Assembly (NCBI GenBank): GCA_951406725.2
Contig: OX597822.1
Location: 61,380,001-61,444,000, forward strand
Direction: 5' to 3'
DNA length: 64,000 bases
Source: Octopus vulgaris
Taxonomy: Eukaryota
The notes under the pieces are model-generated. The model ran no database searches, was not told the DNA's origin, and saw nothing but the letters and a program-made list of their open reading frames with translations. A program made the position numbers and the translations under genes. Positions 52,010 through 64,000 of the stretch are shown piece by piece. The first letter of the stretch is position 1, and each line of letters starts with the position of its first letter.

Positions 52010-52560
52010 TCTATTATATAAAATCCGTTCTGTCTGTTTGTGTGTGTGTGTCTTCTAGGATCTCGGGCATCCTCCATCCGATTGCGCTCAAATTTGATAT
52101 GTAGATACCGACGGTATCAAGGCGTGTATAAGTCTTGAAAAAATTACAAAAATCGATTCCAGGTGAGAATGTGATCGATAAAGCCATGGGAACGTGCCCT
52201 TGTACGCGCAAGTACATCAGCTGTTGCGATCGATACTACGCGTACGCGACAAAAATGCACGTGCAGTTTGTGCAAAAAAGCCGGCTAGCTTGAAATAACG
52301 CCACAAAATGCAGTATATTTAAGGGATCCAAAAAGTAAGGTGCAACAGAGATATTTTCTTCAAACTTGGCATGAAGGAAGGAAAGACTATTTGATTTCTC
52401 AAGAAGTTTTTTTTTGCCTTAACTTCGTTTAACAAAATCAAAAATTTTATTGAAATAAATGCATGCTTAATTATTTTTTAATGAAAAGAAAACACTGATT
52501 GCTTTTTATTCAGCAGATATGATTCAGCACCGTCCATTGGACGGTGGGCGTTTTGCTCGT
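52010..52560 (+). mobile_element. Helitron-like element (second copy at 43501-43872, minus strand)
   Basis: 5' TCTATTATATAAAATCCG, subterminal hairpin CACCGTCCATTGGACGGTG shared by both copies. Confidence 0.6.
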
Positions 52561-52826
52561 CTCTCTAAAGGAAACTATGGCAGTGGTACTGGATATTAAT
52601 AGCTATCGCCAAGCTAACACGGCAGTCCCAAAAAATAGGGCGAATGCTGCCGTTGATTAGCTCCAAGAGGCCATCGTCTCTAGCTAGCTATGTGATACAC
52701 GAACCAATGGACATAGGTTCATGTGTCACATAGCTAGCTAGAGGCGATGACCTCTTGGAGCTAATCAACGGCAGAATTCATCCTATTATTCTTGACTGCC
52801 ATGTTAGCTTAGCGATAACTATTAAT
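52561..52826. mobile_element. Short palindromic relative (~230-bp hairpin) of the 26.5/56.2-kb family, hammerhead segment absent
   Basis: Inverted arms containing ttagctccaagaggccatcg...tagctagcta, shared with 56520-56620. Confidence 0.7.
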
Positions 52827-52902
52827 GCACTTACATATGTGTATACACACACACACACACACACACATATATGTATATATATATAAACATACACATATAT
52901 GT

Positions 52903-52953
<51 letters not shown>

Positions 52954-53463
52954 TATGTGTCTATATGTTAGAAAAAAGAGTAAGTAGTTCCCTAATGTAC
53001 AGTGAAATGAGAAATATGTAAGAGATATAACCATAGCGTAGAGTAGATCAGAATTGATAGAATGTCTGAGAATTTAAGACATCTAACAAAATTAACGTCG
53101 AAATGCAATTGGTACGCAAGAAATCAATATTGTGATCGATTTAGTTCGGCGCACTATATTTAGCAAAAGTATTAGAACAAAAATGTCCAAACGAAAATAC
53201 TGAGAAGCATAAGTTTGTAAATACCTTACATTATAAAATCAGTAATACCGAATTTAATTCTGACAAATAAGATTGAGCTGAGGTGTTGGTGGTCCGACAT
53301 GTAAAATAAGCGTATTTATGAAATACGCAGGCATCTATGTATATATGTATATATATATGTATATATATGTATATATATATATATATATATATAGTTCAAA
53401 TGTGCATATTCATGCACACAGGTGCACACACATAAACACACACACACATATATTATGCACATA

Positions 53464-53502
<39 letters not shown>

Positions 53503-53711
53503 ATGATTTAACAAACACAATATATGTATTTATGTGCTACTATTAGTTTCATATGCCGAGAGCATGCTAAACAGTGTTTTTTTAACACGTCTGGTATCCT
53601 AGCACAATCATCAGACACTGCCTACATGGCATATTTATATAAATACATATATACATACACACCTCCACATACGCACACATACCAACACACATATATACAT
53701 ACATATGTGTA

Positions 53712-53995
<284 letters not shown>

Positions 53996-55243
53996 GTATG
54001 TGTTTATGATTTTTCTTTGAGTTTTATTTATGGAGGGAGTTCAAGCCAGTGTGGTTGAGTTGGTGTATTGAATGAACTGTTGTTACGCGTCTAGTCATCT
54101 AAAGAATGTCAGAGGGAAAATCTTTGGAATATCTTACTAATCTTCACTGTGCCGCTAATAAATTGAATTTTACTTTTTTACTCTATAGCGGACCACCAAC
54201 TTTTATTATATTATTAGCGTATATTTTCTGGCTGGTTTGTTTACTGTTAGTGTAACGCTACTTTATTATGTTTCCTATTTGGAAATAGATAAATATATTT
54301 AGTTTTTTAAGTAGGGATATATAATGATAAAACCGTCACTTATAACTTACTTATAAGTGTTATCATTATATGTAAATCCTGACTCCAGCTACAAAAACGC
54401 TATAGCGAGAAATATATTTTCTGGAACGCTAATGAAAATTGATCGTGCATGTATGTTAAATATGAATAATTTCGTGTTCTTTTAACCGCTATAAAAAAAT
54501 ACAGTTTCATAATTACAGAAATACATTTCATTAATAAGTTGAAGAACGTGAAGAAAGAGAAAATAATTTCTACATTATTTTATTATATACATATAGCATT
54601 TTTAATATTTATATACAATTTGAAGTAAAGTAATTTTGTCGCAGAGAATTACGACTTAATATTTTAGCTAACTAGTTTCTCATTGTAGCTATTATAGATC
54701 TCAACAATTCAAACAAGTCTTGTTGGATTTTTCATAGACATCGCATAAAAAAATAACTAATGTCCCAAAGGAGTGAGTATCGTGGAGTTTAGTTACATCC
54801 CACAAACACTGAAGTTTTTCTCAAAGTCCAGGATTTTTATAACTGCTCAACTTGACTTTAAAGAATCGAAATCACATAAAAATATTCTTTAACTAATTTT
54901 TAGAATTTCTATATCAGCAGTTATATCAACCAATGGGAAAATGACGATCATATTTCTTCGGCAATACGACATTACGTCATATTGCCAGCTACCACAAATT
55001 GGCGCTACTATTTGAAAATGGCTACACGCTACAACTCTTTTACTTGTTTCAGTCATTTGGCTGTGGCCATGCTGGAGCACCGCCTTTAGTCGAGCAAATC
55101 GACCCCCAGGACTTATTCTTTGTAAGCCTAGTACTTATTCTATTGGTCTCTTTACCGAACCGCTAAGTTACGGGGACGTAAACACACCAACATCGGTTGT
55201 CAAGCGATATTAGGAGGGCAAACACAGACACACAAATACATAT

Positions 55244-55297
<54 letters not shown>

Positions 55298-55303
55298 TAT
55301 GTG

Positions 55304-55335
<32 letters not shown>

Positions 55336-55339
<4 letters not shown>

Positions 55340-56082
55340 GAAATAGAAAGATGAATAATCTTGTTGCAGATTAATCAAAAGTTTTACCGATACCTTGGTA
55401 GCAAAAATCACAGCAGAAGACAGCACGGTTGGAGGTACAACCATAAGGTGTTGCAACCGTCGTTGGTGCGGATAATTGAATTTTAATATTATTAGTGAAT
55501 TGAAGAAATGGAGTTGAACGAAGATTGAACGGAAATCGTTTTATTGCATTCTACACGTGTTTCGAAATGCACAATTTACCAAATTCCGATTGAATAAGGA
55601 GACCATATTGTGTCTTTCTCTTCGGGAAGAAATAGGAAATCCGTTGGAAAAAACAAAAACAGAACAGAGGCGGAGCAAAACAAATCGAACGAGGCTCCTA
55701 AGAGCTGATGGGCTCTTAGGAGCCTCGTTCGATTTGTTTTGCTCCGCCTCTGTTCTGTTTTTGTTTTCTCCAACGGATTTCCTATTTCTTCCTGAAGAGA
55801 AAGACACAATATGGTCTCCTTATTCAATCGGAATTTGGTAAATTGTGCCTTTCGAAACACGTGTAGAATGCAATAAAACGATTTCCGTTCAATCTTCGTT
55901 CAACTCCATTTCTTCAATTCACTAATAATATTAAAATTCAATTATCCGCACCAACGCACGGTTGCAACACCTTATGGTTGTACCTCCAACCGTGCTGTCT
56001 TCTGCTGTGATTTTTGCTACCAAGGTATCGGTAAAACTTTTGATTAATCTGCAACAAGATTATTCATCTTTCTATTTCACAA
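55336..56082. mobile_element. ~747-bp near-perfect palindrome in (TA)n with hammerhead motifs (55789-55868 +, core intact; 55549-55628 -, core CCGAAGA)
   Basis: Arms of ~370 bp, 6-nt loop at 55706-55711; UUC-CUGAAGA-GAAAGACACAAU...AUUGUGCCUUUC-GAAA-CACGUG-UA/GAA followed by AATAAA. Confidence 0.85.
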
Positions 56083-56085
56083 TAT

Positions 56086-56131
<46 letters not shown>

Positions 56132-56140
56132 TATACACAC

Positions 56141-56625
56141 AATAGAAATATTAAAATTACTAGGTCTCTCTAAAGATTACGGCAGCGTTACTGGATATTA
56201 ATAGTTATCGCCATACTAATACGGCAGTCTATAAATATTAGACTAAAGCTGTCGCTGATTAATATCCAGTAACGCTGCCGTAATCTCCTTTAGAGAGACT
56301 TAGTAATTTTGATATTTCTATTATTGAAAACAAGTGGATGTATTCCACTGTAACTAGGTAAATAAAATCTTCGAACAGACGGTCAGTAGCGACACCTGCG
56401 GGTCTGACTACGCTGCATTGATAAAGAGCAACAACCCTGAAACATGTCTGCAGATATCTGACTAGCAAGGTGAAGCGGCTGACCTCCCCTGTTCGAAGGT
56501 TGTAATGGACGCAGGTTCGTGTGTCATATAGCTAGCTAGAGGCGATGGCCTCTTGGAGCTAATCAGCGACAGCTTTAGTCTAATATTTATAGACTGCGAT
56601 ATTAGTATGGCGATAACTATTAATA
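56141..56625 (+). mobile_element. Permuted/inverted mini-element with degenerate hammerhead (56413-56453), related to the 26.5-kb and 52.6-kb elements
   Basis: Layout A-B-A'-X-B'; motif CUGCA-uUGAUaA-AGaG caacaa CCCU-GAAA-CAUG-UC/UGCAG. Confidence 0.7.
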
Positions 56626-56713
56626 TATATACATATATATATATACATAATTAATGTAGGAAAAAATTTTATCAATGGCTAGCATATCAAAAAATACCTT
56701 TAAAGGTTAAATT

Positions 56714-57371
56714 TATAAATAATTTACAAGATAAGGGCAGAAGAAATATTCTAATGCCAAATATGCCGAAACAAAAAATTGTCGATAACCATTATAATTT
56801 ATGCGTTTCGAAACAAACCGATAGAAATCTCTAAAAAATTCGTTATTACCGTATTGGTCCAATTTCGGGGTTAATTCATAAGAAAATTTCCCCTCTTCAG
56901 TGGCAAATACGCGAGATATAAGCGAAATACTTACTCATACCCATGGAAAAAGCAAGTACTAAGTCCCGAGCAGAACTAAGTACCCCAAATATATCCAAAA
57001 TAGAAAAATCTTCGGCACAACTAAGTACCCCAAATATATCCAAAATAGAAAAACCTTCGGCACATCTGTGCCGAAGGTTTTTCTATTTTGGATATATTTG
57101 GGGTACTTAGTTCTGCTCGGGACTTAGTACTTGCTTTTTCCATGGGTATGAGTAAGTATTTCGCTTATATCTCGCGTATTTGCCGCTGAAGAGGGAAATT
57201 TTCTTATGAATTAACCCCGAAATTGGACCAATACGGTAATAACGAATTTTTTAGAGATTTCTATCGGATTGTTTCGAGACGCATAAATTATAATGGTTAT
57301 CGACAATTTTTTGTTTCGGCACATTTGGCATTAGAATTTTTTTTCTGCCCTTAACTTGTAAATTATTTATA
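56714..57371. mobile_element. ~660-bp palindrome with hammerhead motifs (57180-57239 +, intact; 56846-56906 -)
   Basis: Centre at 57065-57066; 45-bp tandem duplication in the left arm; UUGCCG-CUGAAGA-GGG...CCC-GAAA-UUGGACCAA-UA/CGGUAA. Confidence 0.85.
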
Positions 57372-57879
57372 TATATACATATATACGACGGGCTTCTTTC
57401 AGTTCCCGTCTACCAAATCCACTCGCAAGGGTTTGGTCGGCTCGAGGCTATAGTAGAAGACACTTGCCCAAGGTGCCACGCAGTGGGACTGAACCTAGAA
57501 CCATGTGGTTGGTAAGCAAGCTACTTACCATTTTTAAAATTTTTTTATTACCCACAAGGGGCTAAACACAGAGGGGACAAACAAGGACAGACAAACGGAT
57601 TAAGTCGATTAATTCGACCTCAGTGCGTGACTGGTACTTAATTTATCGACCCCGAAAGGATGAAAGGCAAAGTCGACCTCGGCGGAATTTGAACTCAGAA
57701 CATAGCGCTTACCATACAGGCACTCCTACGCCTTTAGAGAATTTAGAGAATTCGCGTTAGTTTTGTTTTTGCACTTCCTTCGAAAATCCTAGTATTTCTA
57801 AGTTATAGTGTAAATTTGTAGGTAAATAACCTAATGCACTTATGATGATAGGTAAAAATCAGAATATATAGGACAGAAG

Positions 57880-58240
57880 AGCTGTTATTTCCGCATTGAT
57901 TTACCATAAAAGTTTTCTTTTCTCTGGACTTTTGATGGTACATTCACATCCGCTGGTCAGCTGACCACAATAACGGTGCATAACTTTTGTTTCCTGACCC
58001 ATAGAACCCTATCAGGCCTGTTATGTTTGTACCAAATTGATGTTTTTATTGCAGTGTTCCACCAGTATTCCTTGTTTTTAAAAGCGTGAATACCTGCTGG
58101 CTTTGATATGACTTAGATGTATACGTCAGGGCAATCCTTCCTGCGGATAGCATTGTAAATAGTCTTTGCAACCACATCATACCTGAGAGGCAGGTAGTAA
58201 TGTCACTCCTGTATTTTTCATTGCTTTGGCCTTTCAATAA
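57880..58240 (-). mobile_element. Decayed REL-endonuclease non-LTR (R4/NeSL-like) fragment
   Basis: Translates to YDVVAKTIY...EYWWNTAIKT...HNRPD with stops. Confidence 0.55.
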
Positions 58241-59046
58241 GTTTTAATCTAATTTCTGTATCACATAATGCTACATTCGAACTTTTTATGTATATTTTAT
58301 GTTTCATCTATTTACTTGTTTCAATCATCAGACTGCGTCATACTGGGGCATCGCCTTGAAGAATTGTTATTCGAAGGAATCGACTCCAGTGCTTTCTTTT
58401 CAAAGCGTAGTATCTACTCTATCGGCATCTTTTGCCGAACCGCTAGTTTACGGGAACATAAACAAACCAACTCCAGTTGTTAAGCGGTGGCGGGAGACAA
58501 ACACAGACATAAATATACACACGCATACAAACACACACACGCAGAGAGACAGGCAGACACACACATACGAAGGTCTTCACTCACAAGGCTTAAGTCAGCC
58601 CGAGGCTATAGTAGAAGACATTTGCCTAAGGTACCAGGCAGTGGTACTGAACTTGAAACCATGAGGTTGGGAAGCAAACTTCTTACCACACAGCTACGTC
58701 TGCGCTCTTATGTAGATACTTGTTTCACCTGCACGCATATTATTTTTTGAAACAGTGAATTTTTAGCCGTTTATGTTTAACTTTTTGATAGGCCGTTCTA
58801 TTTGTATTTTATTCGATTATATACTTTTACCTTCTGTGATTTTAGGTATATGTATTATTTTTTATGCGTTTGGAAACCATGGTGATTTTTTTATATCTGA
58901 TTATATGTTTGAGGGGTGGTATTGTATGTAAAGTCATTGGCACAAATTTAATGTTTGCTCTATAACTAATGTTCCTTTATCTTCGTCTCATTTATATTTG
59001 AGCATTTCTTTTGCAGTCCTATAAACCCTTTTGTTTCTATAAAAGA

Positions 59047-59112
<66 letters not shown>

Positions 59113-59122
<10 letters not shown>

Positions 59123-59373
59123 TTAGAGAAAAACCTTTATTAAACAATTCAATAAAGAAAAGATGTTATTCACACCATGTAGAAAACATATACTATAAAA
59201 AATATTATTCTAAAAATCAATAAAGTACTATTTTTTACTACTATTTACCATTTATTGTACTTTATTGATTTTTTAGAATAAGGTTTTTTTTTATAGTATA
59301 TGTTTTGTATTTGGTGTGAATAATATCTTTCGATATTGAATTGTTTAATAGAGTTTTTTCTCTAAATTATATA
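59113..59373. repeat. Diverged AT-rich ~260-bp palindrome between (TA)n tracts
   Basis: tacaatttagagaaaaac...gttttttctctaaattata. Confidence 0.7.
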
Positions 59374-59442
59374 CATATATTATATATTGTGAAATTTGAT
59401 GCAAAATTGTTAAATTGAATTTTTCCCTATAAGTTTCCCTAC

Positions 59443-59492
<50 letters not shown>

Positions 59493-59716
59493 GGTGCAGC
59501 AGAAGTAACGTTCTTTTTGCATTTAATAACATTTATAGTATATGAATGTTTACTAAGTATTTTTTTATTGAACACAAATTTATTGCATTCATCAAAGAAA
59601 CGAATAATAAACTAATGAAAAAAAAAATCCCAGAAGTTTTGGGAAGTAAACAAGAAATTTAGTTAGAAACTAGAAAACTCTAATATAAGAGTGCGTTACT
59701 TCTGCCGTATATATAT

Positions 59717-60520
59717 AGGGGTTGGACAAAATAACGGAAACACCTTAAAATTTCAAACAAATTTATTTTAATATGGGGTAGGACCACCTTTGGCAGTAAT
59801 TACAGCTTGAATTCTACGAGGTATGTACCTGTACAAAGTTTGAATTGTTTCCAAATTTTTTGTCCATTCTTCAGCTAAAACAGTCTCCAGTTCTTGTAGC
59901 GATGATGCTAGAGGATATCGACTCCTTACTTGTTTTTCTAAAATGCTCCATAAACGTTCAATAATATTGAGATCTGGGGACTGTGGTGGCCAGATAAGAT
60001 ATTCAACTTTACTAGAATGTTCCTCATGCCATTCAGTAACAAATTTAGCTGCATGAATTGGTACATTATTATCCTGAAAGATTGCTTTTCCCTCAGGAAA
60101 TAGTTCCGCAACCATAGGATGAATTTGACCAGATAAAATGCTTAGATAGTCTTGACTATTAATTCTATCATGAAGGGAAACCATTGGGCAGGAAGACTTC
60201 CAGGATATAGCTCTCTAGATCATCACAGATCCTCCTCCATGTTTAACAGTTGGAAGAAGACAGTCTGGATCAACTTCTTCTTTTGGCTGTCTCCACACAT
60301 ACTCGGCCGGTGGTGGGAAATAAGGGAAAGGATGACTCGTCCGAGAAAATAACATTCTTCCACTGCCCTAGGGACCAATTCTGTAGGTTTTTATTCCATT
60401 CTAAACGCTTTGCAGCGTTTGTTTTTGAAAGTAGTAGTTTTCTGATTGCAGCCCACCCGTGAAATCCGGCTTTGTACAGCTCCCGGTGAACAGTTTTTGT
60501 GGCAACTGGCTTGAGGTGTT
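59717..60520 (-). mobile_element. Second, 5'-truncated copy of the same Tc1 family with 3' TIR
   Basis: FQDNNVPIH...WPPQSPDLNIIE...VITAKGGPTPY; high similarity to 34089-34810. Confidence 0.85.
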
Positions 60521-61309
60521 CAGTAAACTCTGCAGTATGCTAAATGTGAAAACTGATATAAGATATTCCACATTAAGGTTTTTATTGTAGCGAAGTAATG
60601 TAATAAGTATATGGAGAAGTGTGATTTCAGCCAAATGTAAAGATTTTATGAGAAAAATAAATTTGGAAACTTATTTTATCTTCTTGGCTAGTTTTTTGAC
60701 TTGTTTTAGCTGCTTGGTCCGGAAATTTCTCTGTAACCATATTGTTTCGATTTCAACCCCATTGCGCAGCATCTTGGTTAACTATTTTCTACTATAGGTC
60801 GGGGCTGGTCAATGCCTTGTAGGGGAATTCAGTGGACGGAAACTGTTTGGAAGCGGCAAGGTGGCAGAAACGTTAGCATGTCGGGCGAAATGCTTAGCGG
60901 TATTTCGACTGCGTTACGTTCTGAGTTCAAATTCTGCCGAGGTCGTCTTTGCCTTTCATCCTTTCGGGGTTGATAAATTAAGTACCAGTCACGCACTGGG
61001 GTTGATATAATCGACTTAATCCGTTTGTCTGTCCTTGTTTGTCCCTTCTGTGTTTAGCTCCTTGTGGGTAGTAAAGAAATAGGTATGTCGTCTGCCGCTA
61101 CGTTCTGAGTTCAAATTCCGCCGAGGTTGACTTAGTCTTTCATAATGTTGGGGTCGATTAAATAAGTACCAGTTACGCACTGGGGTCGATGTAATCGATT
61201 TAATCCCTTTGTTTGTCCATGTTTGTCCCCTCTATGTTTAGCCCCTTGTGAGCAATAAAGAAATAGAAAACTGTGTGGAAGCCTGTCGTATATATATGTA
61301 TATATACTC

Positions 61310-61710
61310 AAAAATAAGCAACAAGAATGGATCCGGTAATTTAGTACAATTGTTTCATACTATAACATTAATTTTGGTCTGGTTGGCATCCTAACTATAC
61401 TACCTCATGTTCCTGAAATTCATATCTACATCTTTATCTGTATATTTACCTTCCCTAAGATGTTACTAATTGATTTGAGAACTTTATATTATTGGAAAAC
61501 CTATATAAAATTAGCTGAAGATTACTCAACATATTATATCTGCTGTAATAAAATGTTATAGTATGAAACAATTGAACTAAATTACCGGATCCATTCTTGT
61601 TGCTTATTTTTTATTATAATCACCCCGCATATTTTTATGGGTAATACCATAAAAAAATTCTGGTGCATCTAAATTAAGTACCATATTCATTTGAATCTAA
61701 ATTGTTTGCT
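61310..61710. mobile_element. Element with ~58-bp inverted repeats (61310-61369, 61553-61611) in (TA)n, Penelope-like layout
   Basis: aaaataagcaacaagaatggatccggtaatttag...ctaaattaccggatccattcttgttgcttatttt. Confidence 0.55.
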
Positions 61711-61733
61711 GTATATATATATATATATATATA

Positions 61734-61858
61734 GACTGAGGAAAGAAAACTCTGAATGACCCGTCCTTGTTCCCTTTGTATCGTCTATCTGGATGGTTTG
61801 TTGTTCCCTTTTTTTGTATCACCTAACTGTGTGGATGTTTTGCGCTCTTGTTCCATTT

Positions 61859-61932
<74 letters not shown>

Positions 61933-62647
61933 CAGCGGCGTACGTACACTTTGGTCTCTTATACGTAAGTATATACTTATCTAAATCATGTACGACTCTA
62001 TTCTTCTTTTTATTCTTTCCTTCTTTCTATTAGCCCTTTCACGCTTATTTCGTTCATTCTACACTTCGTTCTTTCGTTCCCTCTCTCTCATATTTTCTTG
62101 CCTTCTCTTCATGCTCACTTCCCCCCTCTTTTCACTTCACTGTGTCCCTGTCATTTTTTTCGCCCCTTCTTATTTCTTCTGTCCTTCTGCATCTCTCTCT
62201 CTCTTCTCTCCCCACGTGACCGGTGTTCGGCCAAACCAAACCTTTCTTTCTTGGTTCGGTCGTTGTCCGTGCAACATCTATATTCCTCCCTGTGCCTGTG
62301 AAAGCTGGTACCCCTGCCGTAAGGCTTTACTTCCACACACGCTAGCTTAATCTAATTCGTCCTTAGTCGAAAGACACCTCTTGTTATGTCCTGTTATTTG
62401 TATTTGTGTAACATTCTCCGTTTTTTTTTCAGCCCTTATTTTCGTATACATTTGCTATTTTTTCCAAGGAATCTAATGCTCTTAGCTTAGTTTTTCCTTG
62501 GAGCTGGCCAGATTGGAGCAATCTCGAGTATAACCAGTCACAATTGCAAAGATAAGCTGGAACTCGACTGAGGAAATAAAACTCCGAATGACCCGTCCTT
62601 GTTTTCTTTGTATCGTCTATCTGGATGTTTTGTTGTCCCTTTTTTTG

Positions 62648-62650
<3 letters not shown>
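61734..62650. mobile_element. Partial-tandem element (85-bp direct repeats ~832 bp apart) between (TA)n tracts
   Basis: gactgaggaaa.aaaactc.gaatgacccgtccttgtt...tatcgtctatctggatg at 61734 and 62566. Confidence 0.6.
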
Positions 62651-62695
<45 letters not shown>

Positions 62696-64000
62696 GACAG
62701 ACTCAGGGATTGCATCTAGAAAGTTCCCCTCTATAGCACAAGTCCTGGCATGGTTGTTTATTGAAGTCCAGTAGTCGCCCATGCATGCCAGCCTCCCCTC
62801 TCCACACCACCGATGTTATCCAAGGGAAATTGCAAAGGCCGATACAAAAGTAGTACCACACTTTAAAAATTAACTACTGGGGTTGATTTGTTTGCCTAAA
62901 CCCTTCAAGGTAGGGCCTCTGCATGGCCTTAGTCCAATGACTGAAGTAGAGCATAAAAGATACCTCTCTCTCTCTATCTATTTATCCATTCATCCATCTC
63001 TCCATCTATCCAGCTATCCATCCATCCATCCATCCATCCATCCATCCATCCATCCATCCACCTATCCATCCATCCATCCATCCATCCATCCATCCACCCA
63101 ACTACAATAAAGGACCCGTTATTTGCATTTTCTATTGCATGAACTGTTAAACTCGTAACCCTTCTTCGAGGAAGGCGAATAGTTTGGCATGTATTCAAGT
63201 TTGCTAATTTAATTTCTGATGAAAATGAGATCTTGCTTTTAATGTTAGGCAAAATACAGATGAAATGATGCTCACATCTGAGTACAACAATCATAGACGA
63301 TCCCTGTGCATAGATAAAGATAATGCCGATCGACTGCAGTTGATTACGATATTCTATTCATACAGATGTTTATAAGTTGTTACTAAGAACGTCGTAAATT
63401 TCACGAGAAACTATTCAGCTATAATAGCAGCGTGGGGTATGAGTTATTTGATATTAAAAAAAATACCTTCTGTGAAGGCGGTAAAATACAATATTTTTAA
63501 TACTGATTTTGTTCAATAATTATAAAATATTTTTATGATCACATTAGTAATAACTTAAATGAAATGAACTGAAATGAATTGCTTTGCCCATCTCATATTC
63601 TAGGTGTGCTGTGTACACCAGTTTCAGTTCTATATGCATTACCATAGCATTACTATATCTGTATATTGTAAAAAAACCTTCTTTTCGTTCACTCATTCGC
63701 TTTTTTAGTTTTTACTTTGCTGGAAAGTTCCTGGCTTTAAGGGTATCGCGAAAGGTCTGATTGGAGGCCTAGCCTTCTGTGTTCTTTTACAGGGCTTAGA
63801 AAAACTGAAAGACCACTGCAATAAGTGCATGAATCTGAGAGGGGAATATGTTGAATAAAATCATAATTTACGAATCCTCCTGTTTTTTCTTCTACTCAAA
63901 GCCAGAAACTTTTCAGCACTTCCTCGTGTGTGTGTGTATATACATATATACATACACACACATAAACATATGCACACACATTTATATATTGTTATATATA

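Noticed and set aside
54423-54480. gaacg-CTAATGA...GAAT...TC-gtgttc hammerhead-like pattern
   Set aside because: Two core mismatches and a weak stem II.
55541-55860. Mirror-image 88-94 aa ORFs on both strands
   Set aside because: Artefact of the palindrome; no protein motifs.

Overview
AT-rich, microsatellite- and repeat-dense animal genomic DNA; the SINE and repeat families point to a coleoid cephalopod, probably Octopus (inference). Two spliced genes were reconstructed by hand: the last four coding exons of SARNP/CIP29/Tho1 (+, 680-5807) and a complete 9-exon PSMC3IP/HOP2 meiotic recombination gene (-, 32120-11896, 211 aa), arranged convergently. The rest is transposon landscape: a near full-length CR1-clade LINE, an R4/Dong LINE in a (TAA)n target, Tc1/mariner, hAT, piggyBac and Helitron derivatives, and several SINE families. 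The most striking signal is a set of non-coding palindromic or partial-tandem mini-elements, mostly inside (TA)n tracts, carrying type I hammerhead ribozyme motifs (nine motifs, several with intact catalytic cores, one sense-oriented in a HOP2 intron). A decayed Penelope-like GIY-YIG element lies nearby, suggesting a Penelope/retrozyme-like ribozyme system. Coordinates were read by eye and may be off by a few bases at repeat edges.
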